A stretch of DNA of 64,000 bases from Nageia nagi (Eukaryota; Plantae; Pinophyta). Below, in pieces: positions 24,481 through 36,952 of this stretch; the first letter of the stretch is position 1; each line of letters begins with the position of its first letter. Below the pieces are notes generated by a model, which saw nothing but the letters and a program-made list of their open reading frames with translations, had not been told where the DNA came from and searched no databases. Where the stretch lies: the NCBI GenBank assembly GCA_050084985.1, contig JBITNC010000001.1:144584001-144648000 (forward strand). Direction: 5' to 3'. The position numbers were made by a program, and so were the translations under genes.

Positions 24481-26329
24481 TTGTATTCAACGAGTCATAG
24501 AAGATGAAATTCATTTTCTTTTTTTTCTTTGTCCACAAGACATAGATAGACCTATAAAAATGTTTGTAACAAAGATATTAAATTTTTTTAAAGAGACCTA
24601 TATAAAAATATTTATAATCATACTTTCATTTATAAATTTTTAAATAAAAATAACCAAAACAAATTTGATGATTTTATTGTACAATTTAATTTTATTAGAA
24701 ACAAACATTCAAATACATTATAGAAAAACTGTGATAGGTTCTACAAATCATTGGGTTTAAAAGGATGCTAAAAGACTTATCTTAATTGGTATTTTCATAT
24801 ATAGTTGATTAGGAAATTAAATTATTGAAGAAAATTCATCTATTTAAAATGTTCAATTTTTGCAACTTACTTTGAGTTTATGAATACTTAGGGGTTCATG
24901 ATTAGTATGAACAATTATTTTTTTCTTCATTAACTAATGTCACCACTTCTTAATAGATTGTACCAAAGCATACAATTCCTTATCATATATGGAATAAGTT
25001 AAAACAACTTCAAAAAATAAACTTAAATGGTAACATTCCAATTTGTTGTCTTGAAGAAGTACTACCTCTATGGTGAAGCCAAAAACATCAATCTCTACTT
25101 CCAATGATATACATAATCTAGCATGGCCAAGATATGTGCTTTGTAGACCTTGTCTTTGAATTTTTGAAATGCTTCCTCTTATTCGTCACATCACATAATG
25201 CTCCTCTCTTTTTGTTACAACTTCTTCAAGTATTGAATTTCTTCAAATTCCAAGACTGGTTGCCAATAAAGCCCAATATTAGGTTTCGACGAATCATACA
25301 ATAGTTTAATTTCATACTCCATTGCTCTTCTTGGTGGTAAGGATAATGACAATTGCATAATTATATGAAAAAATTGAAGTAGCTCTTTCAACTATTTCTT
25401 TTGCTATGGAGTACAATCTGCTGCATCAACTTCTTTCCAAACACGTTTTCCCTCTTTGTGCCTCTTACAATCTGAAGAATGAATTTCTTGTTTGTATGTA
25501 CCATGCATTTTTCCTTTTGCATGAAGATCAATTGAAACTCCTTCTCACCTTTGTAAACATTAATCCAAAATCCTTTATTGTATTTGACCAATCATCATTG
25601 ATTTGGTTGTTGTTACAATGTTGCATCTCTTTACCATATATATGGCCTGTCAAAGATGACTTAACAAATGTCCAAGGGTACAACGTCACAAAGGACTTCA
25701 TCCTTTAACTTCTCATCGATGGAGAATAAAAAATTGCATTATTTTATGACATATAACTTAACATCTTTATGCAACCTTCCCAATTGATAAGGTTGAGAAT
25801 GAGGCTTGACCTCTAATCCTAGTTTCTTCACTAAACTCTCTAAGATTAGATTCCTTTGTGATCTAGAGTCATTTAATACAACTACTTTCATCATCTTGAT
25901 TTGGATATAAACCTAAAATAAGGTTAGGAATATTAAAAGTGCAAAGTAGTAAACAAAATGTAGAAATATAACATAGAAAAACCAAAATACAAGAGACATA
26001 CAAATTTAACATGGTTCATCTGACATGGGCTACATCCACAGAGAAAATATCTAGCCTATCCTTTATTTTTTCCAGTACAATGAAGGGATACAACCTACAA
26101 CACATCCATTGTAACCTCCTTTTTTCTATCACAGTCTCTCGTATACATAAAATAATTGATGTACAAAATCCCCTTTATAGAAAAAGCAGGTTTCCTTCTA
26201 AGGAAAAAATATCAACTAAATCCTACCATCCGATCTGTGACCTAATTATGAATGGTCTAGATTAACATAAGGAAATAGAGAGAGAAAAATTGGTTGCTGA
26301 AACAAGACCAACTAAAACTAAGAAATAAA

Positions 26330-26860
26330 TTAGTTTCTCCATGGTTACTATCTTTGTTAACTTGTTTGTAGGATTTTAACTAGTGTGTATATTTTCCCTC
26401 TTCATCCTTCTATCTTCCAAAATTGACACCATGTGAAATGGTACATGAGTTTTATATGTTTTGTCTTGGAATGGAAGGATGAGTTCTTTGCAATATTAAT
26501 GACACTTTGACTATCACTATACAATCTATTATTCTCGTACTTATTTTATAATTCCTCCATAAACATTTGTAACCAAATATTCTCTTTACTGGCCTTTGTA
26601 GCAACAACATAATTTGCTTCCATTATTAAAAGTGCAATAACCTTTTGTAATATTTAAATCCAAGTTACTGGTGTCCTAGCTACAATATATAAATACCATG
26701 TGGTACTCCTATCTACATCACTTTCTATATCTGATTCAACATATCCATGTAGAATAATTTTAGAACCTCTAAAACATAATGCACGCGAGAATCCATTTCA
26801 CTACTTTCCAATGCTCTTTACTTGGTTGCTCATAAACCTGCCCAAAATTCCCACTGCAGA
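26330..26860 (-). mobile_element. Decayed Copia RT/RNase H remnant
   Basis: Minus strand reads DRRSTT..YIVARTPVTWI...LQKVIALLIMEANYVVATKASKENIWLQMFMEEL-like motifs. Confidence 0.65.
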
Positions 26861-26865
26861 GTGAG

Positions 26866-29460
26866 TTGTTGTACAAAGATGATGTAGTTAAAAATATGCA
26901 TGTAACTTATCATAGGAGTATTATTGGGAGCTTAATGTTTCTAACAAATACTAGACCAAATATTGCATATATTGTCTTACTAGTTTCTAAATATATGAGT
27001 AAGATATTTATTTTGCATTTGAAGGTTGATATACATATTTTGAGATATGTTAGAGGAACTATTGATTTAAGAATCCAATATTATCAAAGTGAGAAGATGG
27101 ATTTGATTGGATTTACTGATTTAAGATAATAATTTAGATGATAGGAAATCTACATTAGGTAAATATTTTTCACTTGGATCAAGGTTGATCACTTGGAGCT
27201 AAAAAAAATAAGGATAAGTGGAACTTTATTCAAATGAGGTTGAGTATATTGCTATAGGAAAGGAAAATGCAATTCTAATACCAATACCAAAATCCCTGAT
27301 TCATCCTACAGCCCTGAGCAGTGCCCAACTTGCGAGTCTGTGCCTAGTGCCTAACCTTAAGTAGATCGTGAGTCTTTGTGCAAATTGCATTTACAATCCC
27401 TTGTGTGTTTGCTCTCATCGCAAATTTGCCATGTAGCTTCGAGCAGTTCGTGCATCGCTCGCATTGGCAAACCTTATGCACTCGTCACGCCAGCACCGGC
27501 ATGCTCGCTCCTCTCTAGCACTTGCATGCTCCCTCACTCGTGTGACTTCTCTTTAGAATCATTTTGTCAAACACTTCATGTGCTTCCTACTTGAATGTCT
27601 GTGTAGGTTTCAAACAGTTTCTTTGGGGCACCTTGACAGATCTGACAGAGATTTTTACTCATTTTGGCCTACCCTCAACTAAGCAGGAGAACACAACAAG
27701 AGAGAAAATTCTTGTTGATCACTATAATGTGGATTCTTGGGATACACTTGTTAGTGAAGCCCATCAAAGACAAATTTCTAAGGTTATATATGAACAATTT
27801 CTTATTATTTTCCCCACATCTGCTAAGTATTGGAGACTTTATGCTAAGGCATAAATGGCTACTAATAATGACAATGCAACAAGATAAATATTCAATCGCT
27901 GCCTCTTCAATTTTCTACATAGTTTAATTGAGCTAATGACCTCCCTCATGGAAACAAACTCTAAACAAAAGGCTCTTATTACTACTCTACAAGCCCAATT
28001 ACAAGAATAGGAAAATAGACTAAAACACATAGAGACACTCCAAACCCCTCCTAATGATAGAATCCAACAAACACAACAACTACACGAATCTATCTTTGAA
28101 ATAAAAACCAAGCAATCTGCAATCATCTCACAACAAGAACAATTTATACAAGCCACTACAACCTAACAACAATCAATGCAAAAATAGGTGGAGGATCAAA
28201 CCTCTTGGGTCCAGGTAGCTAAAGGAAGAAAACTTCTTCACAAGTAGATCTTGTTATGAATGCAAAATTTGAAGAACAGTTACGTTAGTTGAAAGCCCTT
28301 AATTTGTGAGTTAGAGGACTACCAAAATCCCAAGACCCTAAAAAGGCCAATCTTGATTTTCTTCATGATACACTAGAGTTGCAAAATATCACAATGCAAA
28401 AAGTTGGGTTTGCCCAAGGTGAATCTCTTAAAAAGACTTTCCTTCTCCGAAAACGTCTATTATCCAATTCACAACACCTGACAAGTGATCGCTTGATTAC
28501 CTATTTCTTCCTAATTACCTTAGGAGAGGGAGTTCGTAGGAGGAGGATTGAGGACTCACCTCGGCCTACTCGATGTACCAGATAGAGGGTGCATGCCGAC
28601 CTTAGTTCTATGAGATCGTAGTGGATCACGACATTCTTTAGCTACAATAGCATCAATGCAGACACAGATCAACCTAGGAGTGCATAGTCAGACAGACCAT
28701 GAGAGACTTCCCCTCTGACCATGTTTGCTTATTATGTTTCTTTGTTCAACTATTTATTTTCTTTCAGGGATTAGCCCCTATCTTGTTCTTAGAATTTCAT
28801 ATTTTTCTTTGAGCGAGGGCCACTGAGCCCATCATGTTGCTTTAGACTTGTATACCCTTTAGTCCCATTGATCGCTTTTGGTCATCTATGTACATTAATA
28901 TAATTTTATTTCATTTTCATTTCTTCCTTCAATAGTGCACAAGCGTTATGGTTTATAAAAATGTTGGGAGAATTAGGTCAAAAATAGAGTGATTCTATAA
29001 CCATATTTTGTGATAATATGAGCTCCATATATTTGGTAAAGAATCCCATCCATCACAATAAGTCCAAGCTTTTAACATTAATTATCACTTCATCTATGAC
29101 ATGGTGGAAAATAAAGAAGTTAAATTTAGGTACCATAGCACATATGAATAATTAGAATATTTATTCATAAAAAAGGTATGGTTAAGGCTAAATTTCTCAA
29201 GCTAAGAGACTCACTTATGAAACCTAGACATAACATCAAGGACGATAATGTTGGAATGTGATGCTGACTAAGGATGATATATCTATAATCTTTTATCCCC
29301 AATTTACATCTTTAGATTAACTTTAGAGTTTTTTGTAATAGTTTATACAATATTATGTAATTGCAATATTCTTATAATTATCATAAAAGAATATGATAGT
29401 ATGTAATTGTTATTTTATGTATGTAACAATAGGATAGTCTTGTGTTTGATGTTAATAAGT
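26866..29460 (+). mobile_element. Old Copia 3' portion (RT/RNase H, start of LTR at about 29249), interrupted by an insert at about 27257-28925
   Basis: YHRSIIGSLMFLTNTRPNIAYIV...HILRYVRGT...DDRKST...EVEYIA, resuming as QALW...CDNMSSI..VKNPIHHNKSK after 28926. Confidence 0.7.
27714..27920 (+). pseudogene. CSTF77: Captured N-terminal fragment of cleavage stimulation factor 77 (HAT repeats)
   Basis: VDHYNVDSWDTLVSEA...IYEQFLIIFPTSAKYWRLYAKA*MATNNDNATR*IFNRCLFN versus plant CstF77 IYEQLLS.FPT.AKYWKQYVEA.MAVNNDDATKQIFSRCLL. Confidence 0.8.
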
Positions 29461-32400
29461 TGTTAGAATTTGTAATGTAATATTGTTTAATATTTTTCCT
29501 TAATGTAAATTCACTTAATACTTAAAGTATCATTAGATACCTTAAAATATTAAGGGAATATAAAAATAGGTATGAGTTTAAAAATAGAAAATGAATTAAT
29601 TATAGTGGGTTTCTTCTTATAAAAAGAGAAGAACCCTCCCCTTCTCTAGTTACACAATTGTAATGCAAGCTTTGCTATAGGTTTAGAGTGAGAGAGAAGA
29701 GATTTTGTAAGAGAGGTCCTTGAGAATAAGATCTTAGTTATTGGATGTACTCCCAAAGAGGGAGGAACCACTTTATATCTTGTGTTATTTGTGTGATTGG
29801 CTTAGTTATTATGCTATTGTGTTGATGTTGAAAGTGCCTTCTTGAGGTCTTGGAAGATTAGAAGTTAATTCAGAAAGGGTTAATTTTTTCAAGTGGTATT
29901 AGAGTTTTTCTTGGATGCCCCTCTTTAGCATCTTTGAAGGTCCTTTTCGCCTCTTTCTCCATCTACTTTGTTGAGGTAAAAGGGTTTCAAGGTATAATCT
30001 CCTACCTCTTCTTTATCAATTTTGCACCCCTTTGGGGCTACACACGGCAGGCACCTTATCGTCCGATTTTTTTTTTTTTTAAAGAAAAAAAAGAAAAATT
30101 TAGTTTTTTTTTTTAAAGTTTATATATATATATATATAGTTTCTTTTTTTAAGTTTTTTAATTTTTTTTTTTGTGAAATATATATATATATATATACCAA
30201 AAAAAAGAGAAGGAATCTTTCTTAAAAGAAGGGATCTTTTTTTTTTAACTATAAGTATGAATTTATTTTAACGTTAATTATAACCTTCTTTTAAATTTTT
30301 TTTTAGTTCTTTATTTGCTAATATTATCATTTTACATTAAGTGCAAGTTATTTTAAAGTTTTTTTTAGCATGCCATTAAGATAAAGGTGGATTAAATTAT
30401 GCATAGTTTAGTAATTTTATAAATGGATTAGTGTTAATTAATTATGCATGAATGGATTAATGCTATGTATGCATAGATTAATGTTGTTTTATTTTAATGC
30501 ATGTTTATTGCTCACATGTGGTTGGATAATTTTTTTACATTATTTTTTGTCCTAATGCATATTGCTAAATGGATAAATTTTTAATGCATGGTTTATTATT
30601 TTGAATTTATACATGTGGTTAGATAAAATTCACTTAAATACTTGCTTATGAATGCTACGTTAAATTGCAAATAAGGAATTATTTTAAGTCCATTTTTTAA
30701 GTAACAAGGGGGAGAATTCTTCATTTTTTGATAATGAACATTCGTAAAGAGTTCCATTAGGGATTATGAAAAAACCCATTGGACTCTTAGGCTCATTTAT
30801 TGTTACTTAAAATTAATGAATCTTATGTAAAGAGTTCCATTAGGGGTTGTAACAAAACCCATTGGACTCTTTAGTTCATACTTATGGATGATATGGGATG
30901 TAGTTTCATTTTCAAAACACTTTATTTGTTTTACATTTTTACTTTATATGCAAAGTACACAAACATTGAAAATTGCTTCCCTCTAAAATGAACACATCCA
31001 CACATTTTTTTGCAACATGACTTATTTGGGGAGCCATGAGGTAAGGATAGGGTAGACTGGAGCCTTTTAATCTAATGATCCAAGTGGTGAAAAGTTCGTA
31101 CTTTTTAATTACCCCTAAGTTCTCTGTTGATCTGGACTTAACTCCATATAGGTGGAGAGGCATGTATGTACTGATACCACATGTTTGCCCGTCCATTCAG
31201 AGATTATCCTGATAACTTAGGAGGAAAACTGAAAACTTAATCAAGATAATTAATTTGGCCTATCCAACATATGTCACAACTTTGAAAAATAACTTGTACT
31301 TCTCCTTGTGAGAGTATATCATTACCCAAGGGGAACTGGTTGAAGATTAGTAGGACATGGGCTCTTTGAAGGCATCCAATTGAAGGCCTAATTTTGACAA
31401 AAAAATAAGCCTAAACTTTTCCCTCTCTTTGGTTATACTTGGTGACAAAGATGTTGGATGTATGTTATTATTCTTGGTAATAATTTAAGAATTTGATTTG
31501 TTGGTTAGTTTTTTAAATATATATTTATTTTTTAAATGCAAATTGTATGCTTACATTATTTATCTCCTTCATATTATTTTATAGCAATGGGAGACTCTTT
31601 TGCATCCAAGCATATCATGTATGGTTTCAACTATGGTATTTGGGAACCTAAGATAAAGGCAGAACTTCAGGCACAAAAACTTTGGATGATTATCATTGAA
31701 AACCAAGTTGCTTCATATGAGGAGAAGGAACTTGAAGCTTATAATACTAAAAATGATTTGCCAATGTCTATGATCTTTCATGTAATTTTAGATGAGATCC
31801 TCCTCATGATATCTTCTTTAAATACCACAAAGGAAGCTTGGGATAAACTAATGAGTATCTACCTTAGTACTAAATTTTCTAAAAGGTTAACCGTTATTCA
31901 GAAGTTACTTCAATCACGTCAAGAGAAAAATAAAATTGTAGTTATATATCTGAATAAGGTTGTTGACCTTAGGACTCAATTGATGAGGTGTGGTTGCAAT
32001 TGGATCAATGATGAGTTTTTGACTTTCATCATCCTCCAAAGCCTCTTCGCTAAGTTTATTCAATTTATGACTATTTTTAAAACTAGGCTTGATGATGAAA
32101 AAAAAGTTTTCTCCTTAAAAAAATTGTCAAGGCTTCTCTTGAAGCATGAGAAAATACTTAACAATAAAGTGTTGATCATCACTCCTATGGAGCCATCTAT
32201 GGAACTTGGTCCAATGAAGCTTCACTTGAAAAAGAAGAACCATAACCAAAAGAAGAGTTCTTATGCTCCTAAGAAGAACTTCAAGAATAGTGGGAATAAG
32301 AAGAATTATGATAATGGTAAGTCTAAGAAAATCAAAGCTAAATTTGATGGAAATTGTAATTTCTGTAACCATTATAGTCACAAGGAAGCTGATTACTTCA

Positions 32401-35400
32401 AAAAAAAGAAAGAACAAAGTGAGAAAAGATCTAGAAAACCAAATAAATCTAATAATAAAAAGAATAAAAATTCTACTTATGTTGCTACCTTTTACTCCAA
32501 GTCTCACACTTTGGCAAATGATTGGATTGTTGATTCTAGATGCACTAATCACATGTATTTTGAAAAAGATAAGTTTGGAAACTTTCATAAGTATAGAAAA
32601 GATGTAGTTGTGATAAGTGATAGTTCAATCCTTGAAGTTCAAGGTATTGGAAGTGTGTTGATACAAGAAAAGATTCTTGAGAATGTGCTTTATGTGCCTA
32701 AGTTCACTATGAATATCCTTTTTGTAATTCAAGTTACAAGAAAGGGTTACTCCTTTGAGTTTAACTCACACTCTTGGTGAATGAAAAAGGGACTTACCAC
32801 TTTGGTGAAAGGTTCAGTGTAAGATGAACTTTACATTGTGGATCAATCTCCAACAAAGATGTGCCTTGCAACTAATGTTTATTTTAGAGGCAATCTTTGG
32901 CACCATCTATTAGGCTACCTAAACCATAAGAATATTCAAGTCATGAAAGATCATGAACTTGTGGAAGGTTTTCCTATAATATCACCTTCAATTTGTCTTT
33001 GTGAGAAGTGCATTCTAGGTAAAATAAATTAGAAAAAGTTTTCAAAAGATAAGATAACTAGAGCAACTTAGCCTCTTTTGCTTGTGCATATAGATTTGAT
33101 GGGTCCTTTTCCAACTAAATCACTTGGGAAGTATCTTATGTCTTGACCTTTATTGATGACTTTAGTAGGATGATATTTGGTTATCTTATAGAGCACAAGG
33201 ATCAAACCTTTGATAGTTTCAAAGATTTCAAAGCCTTGGTAGAAAATTTGTTCGATTTCAAAATTAAGATGTTAAGATCTGATAATAGAGGTGAGTATAA
33301 TAGTAATTAATTCAATTATTTTTATACCAAGTATGGAATCAAGAGGCAGTTTACTATCCCTTACATTCCTCAAAAGAATGGTGTTACCAAAAGAAAAAAT
33401 AGAACCATTCAAGAAATGGCAAGATGTATGTTAAGAAATCTTTCTAGCTTCTTATCGGGTGAAGTTGTAAATACTACAATCTACATCTTGAATAGGTGTT
33501 CTATAAAAGTAGTTGAAGGTAGAACTCTATATGAGATATGGACAAGAAAGAAACTTAACATCTCTCACTTTAGGGTCTTTAGTTGTGATGCTTATACCTT
33601 TGTTATTCCTAAGAAAAGGAAGAAGCTTAATAAGAGATCCAAAAAATGTATCTTTATGGGTTATGACAATCAGCATAGAGGCTACACTTCTCGTGTAGTC
33701 TTTATGTCAAGGGATGTAAAGTTTAATGAACTTCGTAAAGAGTCTACTTCTTATGAGAACCTTGATGAGGGTGATGATTCTTTTGTTGCTCTTAACTGGT
33801 TGGATGTTAGTGTGGATTTGTCACCTAAAGAATAAAACTCTTCAATATAAAGGATAACAAGGCATACAACCATTTATAAATCTTTGTTTGCCAAAATTGA
33901 TTGCAAGAATGAGCCCTCATCCTAAAAAGAAGCTTCAATGCATGAGTGTTGGTTTAATGCAATAAATGTGGAGTATGAGGCTTTAATGAAGAATCAAACT
34001 TAAGATTTGGTTTCTTATCCTAATGAATACAATGTGATTAAGAATAAATGAATTTATAAGGTCAAATATAATTCAGTTGAAGAGATTGATAAATACAAAG
34101 CAAGATTAGTAGCTATGGCTTTTGCTTAAAAATATGGAGTTGATTATGAGGAAACCTTTTCTCCAATGGAAAAGATGCCTATTGTCAGGGTAATTCTTAC
34201 ACTTTTAGTAGCTCAAAGATGAAAAATTTTACAATTTGATGTCAAGAGTGCTTTTCTCAATGGTGACTTAGATGTGAAAATCTACATGAATCAACCAAAA
34301 GGGTTTGTTGTTGAAGGTAAAGAATCTTTTGTGTGCAAGTTAAAGAAGTCTTTGTATGGACTTAAGCAAGCATAAAGGGCTTAATACAAAAAGATTTCAA
34401 GATACTTTGAGGATATTGGGTTTTTTAAATGCTTCTCTGATTCAGATCTTTATGTGCTCAACCAAGGATAAGACTTGATCTTGATTATTCTCTATGTGGA
34501 TGATCTATTGATTACAAGGAATAATATGGTCCTCATACAAGACTGCATATCCAAACTTAAAGCAACTTTGAAAATGACTGATCTTGGTCTATTGCACTAC
34601 TACCTTGGTATGTAAGTGTACCAATACAAGGATTGAACTTACCTCAATCAATCAAGTTTATTTTAGATATCCTACAAAAGTTTAGAATGGAGGAGTGCAA
34701 GCATGCTACAATCCTAGTCTCTCTAAGAATCATTTTATCTCTTAGTTCTAACTCTCAGTTGGCAGATGCTATGGTTTACAGACAACTAATTCGTAGTATT
34801 CTTTATTTGACTATATTTAGGCTAGATATTTTCTTTGCCATGACTTTGGTAGCTCGCTTTATGCAAAATCCATATGTTGAGAATTTCAATGCTGTTAAGC
34901 AAATTTTGAGGTATGTTGAAGGCACTAAAGATCTTGCTCTCAAGCATGACAAGTTACCCTTGTTTATTCTCTCAAGATTTTTAGATTCTGACTATAGAGG
35001 AGATAGAGATGACATAAAATCAACTTTTGCTTATGTGTTTAGCATTGGTTTAGATGCTATCTCTTAGGCATCCAAGAAGCAACCTAGTATTGTTCTCTCC
35101 ACCACCAAGGCTCTCTCCACCACTAAGGCTAAATATCATGCAATATCAGTTGCAACCCAGGAAGCCATTTGGTTGAGGCATATTCTAAAAGAAATAGGGT
35201 ATGAACAAGTTCATCCATAACAAATTTTTTCAAATAATCAATCAGCTATTTCTTTAGCAAAGAATTTTGTTTTCCATCAGAGAATAAAGCATGTAGAAAT
35301 CCAAGCCCACTTCACTAGAGAGAAGGTTATAGATTATCTTCTACATTTGCAGTATTGTCCATTAGTGTTAAACTCTATTGATTTGTTCACCAAGCCCCTT

Positions 35401-36952
35401 TTCAAATCTCAGTTCTATAAGCTTAGGGAGTCTATTAGGTTGGTGAAGTTACCCTCAAAAAGGGAGTAAATGTTGAATTCTTATTAAATCCATTGTAATT
35501 TCTTCCTTCTTAATAAAGTTTTTAAACTTTTATTTAGTTTGTATACTTTGTTTATACATTATTTTATTTGGTAACTATAAGTATGGGCTTAGCATCTTAG
35601 TGATGATTTATACTATACCTCAAATCCAAGCACATTATATCAGGGAGAAAGTTCTTGATGCAACAACTGTAATTCTATTCATCTGAATTTATCTCTCCTG
35701 ATTTATTCACTAACTGCTTTAGAAGCTTTGTTGTGCACATTTTGAAAGTTTATTATGGTAATGAAGTTATCCTCAAGGGGGAGTGAAGGTTGAATTCATG
35801 TTGTGATGATAACTTCATCGATAGGAGGCTCTATTTAGTTGTATAATGTTGATCTAAATATACACCTTCGTGGTTAGTTCGCTCTGTGTGAGGAACTCAT
35901 GGTACATTTTGTTTTGTTATCACTATGTGAAGAATCAATATGTGTTTTTTAGCACTATTTGGTTATCCATACGTGAGTAACTTATATGCGCATATACTTT
36001 TTTTTGTTGTTGATAAACATAAGTTTTTATATACATCAGATGACTATAAGTATTGGCTTGGTATCTTTGTGATGGTTTATAGTACATCATTAATCAGTTT
36101 ATAGATGGCATTACTTAGTTCATTTATCTTGTGATTAATATGAATGTTATATGATGCATCTAACTAATCTTGTTTATGAGCTACTTGTAACTTGCAAGTT
36201 TCATCTTGAGAGTGCAGGTTACTTACTTTGTGTGCGCAGGCTCATATGTCAACTCAGAGTTGATTGAATACACTTATAGTGAAACCACTTGTGGTTAATG
36301 ATTATATTGTAAACCATTTTGTTAAATGGTATTGTAGTAAGTCTCAAACTAAGATCTTACTTATTTCTCAATGATGTAAAGTTCTCATCTTCATTTGTAT
36401 CTCTTTGAAGGAGAACTCTCTCTTACTCTATCTTTCTTCTTCTTTGTACGCTCTATCCCAATATTATATTAAATGAGAGTGTTAGAATTTGTAATGTAAT
36501 ATTGTTTAATATTTCTCCTTAATGTAAATTCACTTAATACTTAAAGTATCATTAGATACCTTAAAGTATTAAGGGAATATAAAATAGGAGAATGATTAAA
36601 AATACATGAGTTTAAAAATAGGTGAAATATCAAAAATAGAAAAGGGATTAATTATAGAGTAGGTTTCTTCTTATAAAAAGAGAAGAATCCTCCCCTTATC
36701 TAGTTACATAATTGTAATGCAAGCTTTGTTATAGGTTTAAAGTGTGAGAGAGAGAAGAGATTTTGTAAGAGAGGTCCTTGAGAATAAGAAGATCTTAGTT
36801 AGTGGACGTACTCCCAAGGAGGGAGGAGCCACTTTATAACTTGTGTTATTTATGTGATTGGCTTCTTTATTATGCTATTGTGTTGATGTTGAAAGTGCTT
36901 TCTTATGATCTTGAGAGATTATAAGTTAATTTATAAAGAGTTAATTTCTTTA
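29461..36952 (+). mobile_element. Full-length but heavily mutated Ty1/Copia element (Copia-A)
   Basis: LTRs 29461-29891 and 36480-36952 start TGTTAGAATTTGTAATG. Decayed PBS TGGTATTAGAG at 29894. gag-pol at about 31567-35470 (WIVDSRCTNHM protease, GAG-pre-integrase, RSDN integrase, LYVDD RT, RNase H) with many stops. TSD not clear. Confidence 0.92.
31536..32780 (+). pseudogene. Copia-A Gag and protease (longest surviving ORF)
   Basis: UBN2-type gag, decayed CCHC knuckle CNFCNHYSHKEADY, protease WIVDS. Collinear with 46005-47930. Confidence 0.9.

Noticed and set aside
25897-26267. Solo LTR
   Set aside because: LTR-like composition and TG...CA candidates, but no matching TSD or second copy in the window.
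31203-31232. Hammerhead ribozyme (retrozyme-like) core in the Copia leader, CTGATAA...GAAAAC
   Set aside because: The core needs CUGANGA and GAAA closing a proper stem II. The sequence reads CTGATAA and I could not build the three stems.
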